From a bacterium (lineage in GTDB: Bacteria > Patescibacteriota > Minisyncoccia > Phycocordibacterales > UBA9973), in NCBI GenBank assembly GCA_037143195.1, contig JBAWZD010000002.1:140620-204619 (forward strand): a stretch of 64,000 nt of DNA, written 5' to 3'. Position numbers and translations under genes: made by a program. The notes beneath the pieces were generated by a model. The model did not search any database, was not told where the DNA came from, and was given only the letters and a program-made list of their open reading frames with translations. Shown piece after piece: positions 48,265-60,712 of the stretch (positions are counted from its first letter, which is position 1; the number at the start of each line of letters is the position of its first letter).

Positions 48265-49470
48265 ATGAATTTTACCTACAAAGCAGTTACTGACACGGGC
48301 GAAAAAAAGGAGGGAGCAATCGACGCTCCAAACAAAGACCTTGCGATTGCAGCACTGCAACGACGAGGGTTCATTGTTGTGTCGGTGAATGAAGATGGAG
48401 AAAAAACATTTCTCAAGCGAGATATTTTTGAACGTATTCCACCTCGCGATATCGTGATTTTGTCGCGCCAAGTTTCGACACTCTTTGATGCACAAGTGTC
48501 TGCACTCAAGGCGTTTAGTTTGCTTGCGTCCAATGCAGAAAATCCACTCTTGAAACGCAAACTCACCGCAGTCACTGACGACATTCAAGCGGGAAGTGCT
48601 ATCTCTGCAGCGCTCGCGAAACATCCAGATATTTTTACCGATTTCTACGTGAACATGGTGAAGGCGGGAGAAGAGTCAGGAAAATTGAACCAAGTGTTTG
48701 ATTACCTTGCCGAATATCTCGATCGTCAGTACGAACTCAATTCCAAAACCAAAAACGCACTTATCTACCCAGCGTTTGTCATAGGAGTATTTATCATTGT
48801 GATGGTGCTCATGTTTATTTTGGTTATTCCAAAATTGTCAGCGATCATCGAATCAAGTGGTCAAACGATTCCGTTGTATACAAAAGTCGTTATCGGCATC
48901 TCGCAGTTCTTCGTGAACTACGGATTGTTCGTGCTCATCTTTATCGTGATTGCTGGGATGTATATCTGGCGTTTGTCACGAACTGAAACAGGGAAGACCT
49001 ATCTTGGAACAATGAGTTTGTCGCTTCCCGTACTTGGACGACTGTATACAAAACTCTATCTCTCCCGTATTGCAGACAACATGAGTACGATGCTTACCTC
49101 TGGAGTGTCGATCGTTCGTACGATTGAAATCACGAGTAAGGTTGTGGGTAGTCGAGTCTACCAGAGTGTGCTTGAAGAGGCAGGGGAAGCTGTAAAGGCC
49201 GGAAGTTCGCTCTCTGACGCACTTTCAAAAAATAGCGAACGTGTTCCACAAATCATGATTCAAATGGTGCGAGTGGGAGAAGAAACAGGAAATCTTTCCA
49301 ATATTCTCAAGACACTTGCTCAGTTTTATAAGCGAGAAGTTGACGATGCCGTGGATACACTTGTCGGTTTGATTGAGCCGGTCATGATTGTCGTACTTGG
49401 TCTTGGAGTGGGGGTATTGCTTACCTCGATTTTGGTGCCTATTTACAACATCGCCTCAAGTATTCAATAG
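48265..49470 (+). CDS. pilC: Type IV pilus platform protein PilC/GspF
   Basis: GEESGKL, ALIYP, GEETGNL, LIEP. Confidence 0.94.
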   Translation: MNFTYKAVTDTGEKKEGAIDAPNKDLAIAALQRRGFIVVSVNEDGEKTFLKRDIFERIPPRDIVILSRQVSTLFDAQVSALKAFSLLASNAENPLLKRKLTAVTDDIQAGSAISAALAKHPDIFTDFYVNMVKAGEESGKLNQVFDYLAEYLDRQYELNSKTKNALIYPAFVIGVFIIVMVLMFILVIPKLSAIIESSGQTIPLYTKVVIGISQFFVNYGLFVLIFIVIAGMYIWRLSRTETGKTYLGTMSLSLPVLGRLYTKLYLSRIADNMSTMLTSGVSIVRTIEITSKVVGSRVYQSVLEEAGEAVKAGSSLSDALSKNSERVPQIMIQMVRVGEETGNLSNILKTLAQFYKREVDDAVDTLVGLIEPVMIVVLGLGVGVLLTSILVPIYNIASSIQ

Positions 49471-49571
49471 TATTTGTTTTCCACAACCTGCTTTGCTCAT
49501 GGCAAAGGACGAAAAGTGCTATAATTACAAACAGTACAGGAACGCAATATTATTACTAGTCACTATAAAGT

Positions 49572-50051
49572 ATGAAAAATAAACAAGCCGGTTTTACACT
49601 CATCGAACTTTTGGTCGTTATCGCCATTATTGGTATTCTCGCTACAATCGTCCTCACGTCACTCGGTAGTGCTCGTGTAAAGGCAAATGATGCGAAGGTC
49701 CAAGCTGAACTTTCTTCAATGCGTGCTCAAGCAGAACTTTTTTACACTGGTTCTGGTGACTATGGAACTGTTACTGGAGGAACGACTGATTGTTCCGCTG
49801 GATCTCTCTTTTCGTCGTCAGGCACGAATACGCTCCATGGTTTGTTGGTTGGTATCCCTAGTGGATATGCAACAACCTGTTACACAAATGCTCCTTCATC
49901 AGGAAGTGCGAGTGCATGGGCTGTAAAGTCTGAGAACACAACGACTCTTGCTGAGTGGTGTGCAGACAGTACTGGTCAAATGCTTGCCGGTACGGAAGGC
50001 ACGTCAGGTTCAACCCTGAGTGTTACTGACGGACTTTGTATCAAATCGTAA
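49572..50051 (+). CDS. Type IV pilin, probably the major pilin
   Basis: GFTLIELLVVIAIIGILA; terminator at 50065-50100. Confidence 0.92.
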   Translation: MKNKQAGFTLIELLVVIAIIGILATIVLTSLGSARVKANDAKVQAELSSMRAQAELFYTGSGDYGTVTGGTTDCSAGSLFSSSGTNTLHGLLVGIPSGYATTCYTNAPSSGSASAWAVKSENTTTLAEWCADSTGQMLAGTEGTSGSTLSVTDGLCIKS

Positions 50052-50154
50052 TTGCTCTCTATGTAAAAAAGCTCGCGCCCGAAAGGGCGCGAGCTTTTTT
50101 GTACACATACATTACTCAGTTTTATTTATGAGCTGTAGTATAATAAGCAGAGAA

Positions 50155-50976
50155 ATGAACACGGCACTCATGATTATATTTTTCTTGTTCGGTACTATTA
50201 TTGGAAGTTTTTTAAACGTTGTTATCTTGCGGTACCGTAGTGGACGCACGCTCCAAGGACGCTCAATGTGTTTTTCGTGTGGCAAGACGCTCACATGGTT
50301 TGAGCTTGTTCCGATTGGTAGTTTCCTGACGCAAAAAGGGAAGTGTGCCGGATGCGGGACGCGCATCTCGTGGCAGTATCCAGTTGTCGAAGCAATCACA
50401 GGATTTCTTTTTGTCGCACTCTACGTACGATTTGAATATTTGCTGACTCAGATTCCACTATTATTTGCTATTCTCTTTGCTTACTACGCATTCATCTTTT
50501 GTTTATTGCTCGTGATGTCTGTCTACGATCTGAAACACAAGATTTTGCCTGATGGAATGACGATGCTCTTTGCGTCAGTTACGTTCATCGGGATGTTTCT
50601 CTTGAAAGGAGATGCGCTCATCCTCCATATACCGAATGGTTGGGATTGTGTTGCGGGATTACTTTTGCCTGCACCGTTCTCCCTTTTGTGGCTCGCCTCA
50701 AAAGGGAAGTGGATGGGGCTTGGCGATGCCAAACTCATGATTGGAATCGGATTTATGCTCGGCTTGTCGACAGGCACCGCAGCTATTCTGCTTTCGTTTT
50801 GGGTCGGGGCAGGTATAAGTCTTCTTGTTCTTCTCGGGCTTGTCCTGTTCACGAAACAAAATAAGGTCTCACTAAAAACCGCAATTCCGTTTGGTCCATT
50901 TCTCGCATTTGGAACGTTCACCGCTTTTCTTTTTTCAGTCAATATCGAAAGTATAATGCGATTTTTTGCGCGCTAA
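50155..50976 (+). CDS. pilD: Prepilin peptidase
   Basis: GSFLNVVILR, two CxxC motifs, YDLKH, MGLGDAKL, PFGPFL. Confidence 0.94.
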   Translation: MNTALMIIFFLFGTIIGSFLNVVILRYRSGRTLQGRSMCFSCGKTLTWFELVPIGSFLTQKGKCAGCGTRISWQYPVVEAITGFLFVALYVRFEYLLTQIPLLFAILFAYYAFIFCLLLVMSVYDLKHKILPDGMTMLFASVTFIGMFLLKGDALILHIPNGWDCVAGLLLPAPFSLLWLASKGKWMGLGDAKLMIGIGFMLGLSTGTAAILLSFWVGAGISLLVLLGLVLFTKQNKVSLKTAIPFGPFLAFGTFTAFLFSVNIESIMRFFAR

Positions 50977-50979
50977 AAA

Positions 50980-51702
50980 ATGACTTCACTTTTTTCTCGA
51001 GTACAATCAAAATTGCGATCAGAACACGGCTTCACGTTGCTTGAAGTTTCTTTCGTAATCACCATTTTTGCCGTGATGGCTTCGATCGTTCTTTTTCGGT
51101 TCAAAGATTTTGGTGCAAAAACTGCGTTTGATAACCTCATTCAAGATGTCGCACTCCATATAGTGCAAGCACAAAAATCAGCAATCTCTGGAACGCTCAA
51201 CCCAAACTTCACCGATACAAACAACCCACCATCATACGGAATGTTTTTCCAGACATCGGCTTCTGACCCAATCGCTGATCCACTGACGCATCAATTTACC
51301 TACTTCACCGATATCCCACCCCTCGGAACGACTCGTGGTAACGGCGTCTATGACCCAACGTCAGGCTGTCCAAGTACTCCAACGGTAGGGAATGAATGTC
51401 TTTCAACTACGTCAATCACGAGTGGCGAATATGTGAGCAAGCTTTGCTGGGTAGCGCTCGATGGAACACAGGGATGTAGTTCTGGGGCGATGTCAGGAAA
51501 TATTACATTCGTTCGACCATTCCCTGATGCAACAATTGAAATGTGTATTGGTTCTGGAACATGTACAGCTGCGGGGACCGGATACATTGAATTTCGTTCC
51601 GCGGTGAATACTGCGCTTGCTGGTACGATTGTGATTACTGGTCTTGGAGAAATTAGTGTGCATAACGGACCGGCCTGTGACATTGTCGGTGCTTCTTGTT
51701 AA
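50980..51702 (+). CDS. Minor pilin (FimT/FimU-like)
   Basis: GFTLLEV N-terminal motif. Confidence 0.8.
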   Translation: MTSLFSRVQSKLRSEHGFTLLEVSFVITIFAVMASIVLFRFKDFGAKTAFDNLIQDVALHIVQAQKSAISGTLNPNFTDTNNPPSYGMFFQTSASDPIADPLTHQFTYFTDIPPLGTTRGNGVYDPTSGCPSTPTVGNECLSTTSITSGEYVSKLCWVALDGTQGCSSGAMSGNITFVRPFPDATIEMCIGSGTCTAAGTGYIEFRSAVNTALAGTIVITGLGEISVHNGPACDIVGASC

Positions 51703-51707
51703 TTGGT

Positions 51708-52322
51708 ATGAGATATTTCCACCACACAAAAAAACAATCTTTCGAGACACCGTACTCAGATGGATTTACAATTATCGAAGTTATGATTGCGATGGCGATT
51801 TTTACGGTCATCGTTACTATTGGTATCGGAAGCGTGCTCGATGCAATCAACCAACATTACGCGACACAAAATTTGCGCACAGTGATGGATAGCTTGAACT
51901 ACGTCATGGAGGATATGGCGAGAAATATTCGTCTCGGAACACCGCCACATTGTGGCGCACTTGGCGGTAGTACAGGTGGTATTGTTGATCCGCTCTCGTG
52001 TCCGCTTCCTGCCGATCCTCACAATATCATTTCATTTAATTCTCAAGATGGTACGGTAATCACGTACGAGATTATGCCTCCCGTCGGTGGTGTTCCGAGT
52101 ACCATAGTAAAGCAAAAAGGAACGGGGGTTCCGCAGGTGGTTACTCCAAAAGAGGTTGAGATGGATTGGGCGAATTCCGGTTTCACTGTGCGTGGGGCTG
52201 AGGCAGGTGATGGGGCTCAGCCAACAGTTGTCATTCGACTTGCCGGAACAATCCATTACAAAGGAGTGAGTTCAAAATTCGCGATTGAGACGACAGCAAC
52301 ACAGCGTGCGCTTGATTCGTAA
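51708..52322 (+). CDS. Minor pilin (PilW-like)
   Basis: GFTIIEVMIAMAIF. Confidence 0.8.
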   Translation: MRYFHHTKKQSFETPYSDGFTIIEVMIAMAIFTVIVTIGIGSVLDAINQHYATQNLRTVMDSLNYVMEDMARNIRLGTPPHCGALGGSTGGIVDPLSCPLPADPHNIISFNSQDGTVITYEIMPPVGGVPSTIVKQKGTGVPQVVTPKEVEMDWANSGFTVRGAEAGDGAQPTVVIRLAGTIHYKGVSSKFAIETTATQRALDS

Positions 52323-52334
52323 TTAGTACTCGTT

Positions 52335-52928
52335 ATGCAATTTTCTCACACATACAATCAAACAGAACGAGGATTCACTATTGTTGAAGTGCTGATTGCG
52401 CTCACTATTTTTTCGATTGCAGTTGCGGGCGTCATTACGGTAGCTGCGCAAGGTGGACTTACCATCAACATTGCACGAAACAAACTTGTTGCGACATATC
52501 TTGCCGATGAGGGGATAGAGTTGGTACGCGGACTTCGGGACACCGATGTTGCAGGAGTGCCAGCTGATTCTCGAAGTACGGGTTGGGCATCGTTCGTGAG
52601 TGGAATCGCTCCGTGTGCGACGAGCACTTCAGTCTCATGTGATATTGACGCGACCAATTATGCTGGAGCGACAATTTTTCCGAACGTAGCCAATATCGTT
52701 TCGTGTCCAGTTACCGGATGCCCGCTGTATTACGATGTGTCGAGCGGATTTTACAAAGATACATGGTCGGCTGGTGTTCCACCTGTATCAGTTTTTGCGC
52801 GAAAGATTACCGTTGATCCCGTACCACTTTCGACTGATGAAGTCACCGTTACGGTGACAGTGACATGGAAAGATGGAATTACACCGATGTCTCTTACTCA
52901 CACAGAAGAACTTTTTAATTGGTACTAA
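52335..52928 (+). CDS. Minor pilin (PilV-like)
   Basis: GFTIVEVLIAL, ATYLADEGIELVR. Confidence 0.82.
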   Translation: MQFSHTYNQTERGFTIVEVLIALTIFSIAVAGVITVAAQGGLTINIARNKLVATYLADEGIELVRGLRDTDVAGVPADSRSTGWASFVSGIAPCATSTSVSCDIDATNYAGATIFPNVANIVSCPVTGCPLYYDVSSGFYKDTWSAGVPPVSVFARKITVDPVPLSTDEVTVTVTVTWKDGITPMSLTHTEELFNWY

Positions 52929-52932
52929 ATAT

Positions 52933-55879
<2,947 letters not shown>

Positions 55880-55896
55880 CGTGGTATAAATAAGGC

Positions 55897-56175
55897 ATGC
55901 AACTTTCCGATATTAAAAAACTCGCCTCGACAGCTCGTATTTCGATGAGTGACGAGGAAGCCGAAGGTCTTGCCAAGGACCTCGACGCAACGCTCGTCTA
56001 TATCAACCAAGTCAATTCCGCACCACTTCCACCGGAGGAGATTGTCGTACCGGAGAATCGCAATGCCGTACGTGATGATGTTGTTTCGAACCCAACTGGC
56101 TCAGTCGCAGCAGACATATTTGCGCAGGCGCCATCGCAGATGGACGGCTTTGTAAAAGTAAAGAAAATTCTCTAA
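55897..56175 (+). CDS. gatC: Amidotransferase subunit C
   Basis: Size, ARI, RDD, FVKVKKIL, adjacent to gatA. Confidence 0.88.
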   Translation: MQLSDIKKLASTARISMSDEEAEGLAKDLDATLVYINQVNSAPLPPEEIVVPENRNAVRDDVVSNPTGSVAADIFAQAPSQMDGFVKVKKIL

Positions 56176-56179
56176 TCGT

Positions 56180-57607
56180 ATGATTGATATCAAAGACCTC
56201 ACAATCGAAAAAGCTCATGACTCACTTACCAAAGGTGAGTACACTGTTCGTGAATTGTGCCAAGCGTACCTCGACGTTATCAAAGAAAAAAATGGAGACA
56301 TCAATGCATACCTCGAAGTGTTTGCTGATGTCATGGAGCAAGCTGACGTGGCGCAGGAGAAATTCAAAAATGGTACTGCGACGGTGCTCACGGGTATTCC
56401 ACTTGCGATGAAAGACAACATGCTCGTCAAAGGCAAGCATGCGAGCGCTGCATCAAAAATCCTCGAAGGATATACTGCGTCATATACTGCTACTGCACTT
56501 CAGAACCTCATCGATCAGGGTGTTGTATTTCTCGGACGTACAAACATGGATGAATTTGCTATGGGAAGTTCGACCCAAACGAGTGCATACGGAGTGACTC
56601 GCAATCCGCTCGACCGTGAACGTGTCCCTGGAGGATCAAGTGGGGGCTCAGCGGCTGCGGTCGCTATGTACGGAGCACTCGCTGCTCTTGGAAGTGAGAC
56701 CTGTGGATCGATTCGCCAGCCCGCATCATTTTGTGGACTTGTTGGATTCAAACCAACCTATGGCGCAGTATCACGAAGTGGTATTATCGCCATGGGAAAT
56801 TCGCTCGACCAAGTTGGTCCACTCGCGCACACGGTGCGTGATGCCGAAATCATCCACAAAGCACTCGCGAGTTATGATCCAGAACTTGATGGCACAACAG
56901 TCCCGATGGAGAAGCGTGTTGCAACTCCTCGAACACTGACAAAGAAAATCGCTGTTCCCGCAGAATGTATGAAAGGGGAAGGAATCGACAAGGAATTGCA
57001 CGATGCATTTTTGAAATCACTCGATACGTTCCGTACTATGGGTTACACCATCGAGACTGTTTCATTCCCACTCATGCCATATTCGCTCGCTGTGTACTAT
57101 GTTGTGATGCCAGCTGAGGTATCAACAAACCTCGAACGTCTCGATGGTATTCGTTACGGCTATCATGCAAAAGAAACCAAAGACCTCAACGAATTTTATA
57201 TGAAAACTCGTGGAGAAGGATTTGGCCGAGAAGCTCGTCGCCGTATTATCCTCGGTTCATATGTCCTTTCAAACGATGGTGAATATTACCGCCGAGCACT
57301 TCGCTTGCGCGATGCCATCACCAAAGAGCTCGACGAGACATTCACAAAGTATGATTTCGTTGTTACACCGGTCGCACCGATGCTTCCATTTAAACTCGGA
57401 GAAAAATTGACTGACCCAGTTGCAATGTATCTCGCCGATGTATTTTCTGCACCTGCAAACCTCTCAGGAAGCCCATCAATCGCACTTCCAATCGGACTCA
57501 CGACGACTGGACTTCCAACTGCAGTACAAATCACTGCTCCACGATGGGAGGATGCGACGCTCTTTGCTGTAGGAAAAGAATTTGAACGTACCAATCATTC
57601 GAAATAG
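56180..57607 (+). CDS. gatA: Amidotransferase subunit A
   Basis: KDN, PGGSSGGSAAAV, GSIRQPA, RRIILG. Confidence 0.96.
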   Translation: MIDIKDLTIEKAHDSLTKGEYTVRELCQAYLDVIKEKNGDINAYLEVFADVMEQADVAQEKFKNGTATVLTGIPLAMKDNMLVKGKHASAASKILEGYTASYTATALQNLIDQGVVFLGRTNMDEFAMGSSTQTSAYGVTRNPLDRERVPGGSSGGSAAAVAMYGALAALGSETCGSIRQPASFCGLVGFKPTYGAVSRSGIIAMGNSLDQVGPLAHTVRDAEIIHKALASYDPELDGTTVPMEKRVATPRTLTKKIAVPAECMKGEGIDKELHDAFLKSLDTFRTMGYTIETVSFPLMPYSLAVYYVVMPAEVSTNLERLDGIRYGYHAKETKDLNEFYMKTRGEGFGREARRRIILGSYVLSNDGEYYRRALRLRDAITKELDETFTKYDFVVTPVAPMLPFKLGEKLTDPVAMYLADVFSAPANLSGSPSIALPIGLTTTGLPTAVQITAPRWEDATLFAVGKEFERTNHSK

Positions 57608-57627
57608 TGCTACAATAAAAAGATAGT

Positions 57628-58236
57628 ATGGATCCGAACGCAATCGGTACACAACTTCTCACTAAGCCTCTCTTTGACCCGAGTTTTTTAAACCTCGATT
57701 ATTGGTTTGGCAAAGTACTCGTCGTTTTCAATTGGTTCAAAGATTCACATGCAGGTGGACCAATCTATTTCGTTTCATATGTCCTCTCACTGTTTGGTAT
57801 TACGATGATCATCTACTGTCTCGTGCGTATGGTAGAGATTGCGTACGAAGAAGACGAACACTTGAAGCATGCGATTCATGAATATCAAGATCGTCACAAT
57901 GAGCGCGCGAATTCTAACCGCAATTTACGCTGGGAACATATTCAAGAATTACTCAACGCACCATCAAGCGCAGAATGGAGAATCGCCATTATGGAAGCTG
58001 ACAGTGTTCTCGAAGGTCTCCTTGTTGCACGAGACATTCCAGGGGCGGGGATTGGAGAGCGACTGAAAAATATGCCACCTGGCGACCTCAGTAGTATTCA
58101 GGCAGCATGGGAAGCACACCTTGTCCGCAATCGAATTGCTCACGAGGGAAGTGAATTCTCGCTCAGCCAGCGCGATGCTCGTCGTACGATTCAGCTCTAC
58201 GAGGTCGTTTTCCGTGAACTCGGCTTTTTGTCCTAA
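57628..58236 (+). CDS. Hypothetical membrane protein
   Basis: TM helix followed by WRIAIMEAD...AWEAHLVRNRIAHEG. Confidence 0.8.
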   Translation: MDPNAIGTQLLTKPLFDPSFLNLDYWFGKVLVVFNWFKDSHAGGPIYFVSYVLSLFGITMIIYCLVRMVEIAYEEDEHLKHAIHEYQDRHNERANSNRNLRWEHIQELLNAPSSAEWRIAIMEADSVLEGLLVARDIPGAGIGERLKNMPPGDLSSIQAAWEAHLVRNRIAHEGSEFSLSQRDARRTIQLYEVVFRELGFLS

Positions 58237-58321
58237 GGTTGCTTTTTAACGTTTTTCTAGTACAATGCATCTGCGTCACAAGGCGCATTTTCATTTTTGC
58301 CGTAAGGCCAGATTGATTACG

Positions 58322-58392
58322 CGCGGGGTGGAGAAGTGGTATCTCGTAAGGCTCATAACCTTGAGACGGCTGTTCGATTCAGCCCCCCGCAA
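58322..58392 (+). tRNA. Initiator tRNA-fMet (CAT)
   Basis: CGCGGGG/CCCCGCA with C1xA72 mismatch; anticodon arm TAAGG-CTCATAA-CCTTG. Confidence 0.92.
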
Positions 58393-58406
58393 CAAGAATA
58401 TCTCCT

Positions 58407-58664
58407 ATGTGGTTTGTCTACATTCTCATGTGCGAAGACGGTAGTTTGTATACAGGGATTACGACCGACCTCGATCGGCGTTTTCTTGAGCACAAAAACA
58501 AAAAAGGTGCGCGGTATACGCGCAGTCACGGTGTCGTTTCCTGTGTTTATTCTGAGCAGAGCGCCTCGCGCAGCGAGGCGCTCATCCGCGAAGCCGAGAT
58601 CAAGAAACTTCATAGGGAAGACAAGCTCGCTCTCGCAAAATCAAAAATATTGAAAAACTCCTAA
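58407..58664 (+). CDS. Small GIY-YIG nuclease (UPF0213/YhbQ-like)
   Basis: FVYIL...LYTGIT...R...H...GARYT...EAEIK. Confidence 0.9.
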   Translation: MWFVYILMCEDGSLYTGITTDLDRRFLEHKNKKGARYTRSHGVVSCVYSEQSASRSEALIREAEIKKLHREDKLALAKSKILKNS

Positions 58665-58687
58665 AATGTGCTATATTTTCTTGGATT

Positions 58688-58761
58688 GTCGGCGTAGCTC
58701 AGTTAGTTAGAGCATCTCACTCATAAAGAGAAGGTCGCAGGTGCAACTCCTGCCGTCGACA
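58688..58761 (+). tRNA. tRNA-Met (CAT), probably elongator
   Basis: GTCGGCG/CGTCGAC acceptor, CTCATAA loop, atypical T loop TGCAACT. Confidence 0.85.
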
Positions 58762-58833
58762 CCTTTTGATTTCTAAGGATTTTTTTGTACAGTCGGTTAG
58801 CGTATAGTACTGTCACAGTGTATACTTATAAAT

Positions 58834-59514
58834 ATGCCGACACAGAAGAAAGTGAATAAAAACTTTTTTAAAAAATGGACACCTGAAATGGCGTACGTGA
58901 TTGGCTTTTTTGCGGCAGATGGGTGTATTACTACGAATTCACGCGGTGGGCAATTTTGGTCTATTCAAATCACAGACAAGGAATTGCTTGAAACAATTAA
59001 GGACACAATCGGTGCCGAACACAAAATTGGTATCAGGAAAAAGAGACAACTATCACACAAAATATTATACCGTCTTCAGATTGGGAGTATTGAAATGTGT
59101 GATGATTTGCGTTCGCTCGGGTATGTTGAAAAAAAGACAGACCGCCTTGTTTTGCCAGATATTCCATCGAAGTATCTTTCAGATTTTGTAAGAGGGTATT
59201 TCGATGGGGATGGGAGCGTTTGGGTGGGGAAAATGCACACAGAACGAGTTACTTCGACTATTGTGATATCGGTCGCGTTTACTTCGGGCTCGTTTTCCTT
59301 TCTTGAATCACTCCAATCGGTGCTTCGAGTCTTGCTCGGCATGACAGGGAGTATCTCAAAACGAAAAGGGAAAGAGTGCTGGTGTTTACGCTACAGTGTC
59401 CGAGATAGTTTGAAATTGTACGATTTTATGTATAATAGCCATGTCCAGACAAATCGCCTTTTTTTGAACAGGAAGAAGGTCGTGTTTGAACAATATAAGG
59501 AAATGCAGTCGTAG
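58834..59514 (+). CDS. Free-standing two-motif LAGLIDADG homing endonuclease
   Basis: AYVIGFFAADG and DFVRGYFDGDG. Confidence 0.9.
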   Translation: MPTQKKVNKNFFKKWTPEMAYVIGFFAADGCITTNSRGGQFWSIQITDKELLETIKDTIGAEHKIGIRKKRQLSHKILYRLQIGSIEMCDDLRSLGYVEKKTDRLVLPDIPSKYLSDFVRGYFDGDGSVWVGKMHTERVTSTIVISVAFTSGSFSFLESLQSVLRVLLGMTGSISKRKGKECWCLRYSVRDSLKLYDFMYNSHVQTNRLFLNRKKVVFEQYKEMQS

Positions 59515-59848
59515 CTCAACTGGTCAGAGCACTCCCCTGTAGATCGTGCAGCTTATTGCTGAAAGGCAGTTTGAAACTCTTTGGGATAACGGTGAAGGCT
59601 GACTCTCTTTTTTGGAGATATGCGAATACCGTGGGAACCCTTTCGGAAGCATTCGTGCTTCGCTTCGAATAGATTGAACCTACTTTCAGAGTAGCGTCTA
59701 CCGAAGGGAAGGGGCGCCGTAGAGACTAGATACCGAAGCACCTACTTTTGCCCTCGGGTAGATATGGTGAAGATATAGTCCATGCCATTACGAAAGTCGT
59801 GGATACCGTGCACGGGAGAGGTTGCGGGTTCGACCCCCGTCGACTGCG
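59505..59848 (+). tRNA. tRNA-Asp (GTC) interrupted by an intron; exons 59505-59540 and 59811-59848
   Basis: Joined exons give GCAGTCG/CGACTGC acceptor, CTCCC-CTGT|CAC-GGGAG anticodon arm and discriminator G. Confidence 0.93.
59541..59810 (+). mobile_element. Group I intron, 270 nt, no ORF, between anticodon positions 35 and 36
   Basis: Exon ends in U and intron ends in G; P1 CUGU/GCAG with a U.G pair; R element AGAGACTA and S element AAGATATAGTCC form P7; P4 ACGGT/ACCGT. Confidence 0.92.
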
Positions 59849-59899
59849 CAGAAACAAAAGGTCACGCGTATGCGTGACCTTTTGTGTTATCCTTTGAGT

Positions 59900-60481
59900 A
59901 TGACTGTGTATCAGCTCCTCGGCTATCTCTCTGCGATCATATTCACGATCGGATATATTCCATACGTCATTTCGATTGCGAAAGGGAAGACCAAACCGCA
60001 CCCATTTAGTTGGATGCTTTGGACGATTGCGGGACTCGTCAGTACATATTTGTACATTCAAGTCGGCGCCCGCGAAACGTTGCCATTTGCATTTGCTGGA
60101 TGTATTTTGCCGTTCATCATCACTTGTATTTCGTTTCGCAATTGGGAAGGTGGTTTTTCATTGTTCGATTATCTCTGTTTCGGATGTTCACTGCTTGCGA
60201 TCGTGACATACGTGATGTTTCACTCGGCAAACTTTTCTCTAACGATTAGCTTGTGTGCTGACGCAATCGCGTTCCTCCCAACAATGCGTAAGACGTATCA
60301 AGACGCTTCGACAGAGAGTTTGACGACGTGGAAACTTTTTCTCGCAAGTTATATCCTCTCACTTTTTGCGACACTGCCCCGTTTTTCATACGGAGTTGTA
60401 CTTTTTCCCGCATACCTAAGTGTCTGTGGCACCATAATGTGTTGGCTCATCTTTCGGGGAAGATTGAAAAAAGCCTCATAA
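59900..60481 (+). CDS. Multi-pass membrane protein
   Basis: YIPY...KTKPHPFSW, FLPTMRKTY..TES; several TM helices. Confidence 0.8.
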   Translation: MTVYQLLGYLSAIIFTIGYIPYVISIAKGKTKPHPFSWMLWTIAGLVSTYLYIQVGARETLPFAFAGCILPFIITCISFRNWEGGFSLFDYLCFGCSLLAIVTYVMFHSANFSLTISLCADAIAFLPTMRKTYQDASTESLTTWKLFLASYILSLFATLPRFSYGVVLFPAYLSVCGTIMCWLIFRGRLKKAS

Positions 60482-60531
60482 TCTAGTAGTATTGCGAGGT
60501 CGGTCATTTTGACCGATTGAAAAATACATAA

Positions 60532-60604
60532 GCCGTTGTAGCTCAGTTGGTAGAGCACATTCATGGTAAGAATGAGGTCTCCGGTTCAATCCCGGACAAC
60601 GGCT
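60532..60604 (+). tRNA. tRNA-Thr (GGT)
   Basis: GCCGTTG/CAACGGC acceptor; CATTC-ATGGTAA-GAATG. Confidence 0.95.
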
Positions 60605-60638
60605 CCCGCAGATTTTTGGCGGAAGCAGTGCGTTTGTT

Positions 60639-60711
60639 GCCACCCTAGCTCAGTTGGTAGAGCATACCCTTCGTAAGGGTAGGGTCCGGAGTTCGATCCT
60701 CCGGGGTGGCT
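60639..60711 (+). tRNA. tRNA-Thr (CGT)
   Basis: GCCACCC/GGGTGGC acceptor; TACCC-TTCGTAA-GGGTA. Confidence 0.95.
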
Positions 60712-60712
60712 C

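Noticed and set aside
59553-60061. ORFs overlapping the intron as an intron-encoded protein
   Set aside because: Short, antisense and without motifs.
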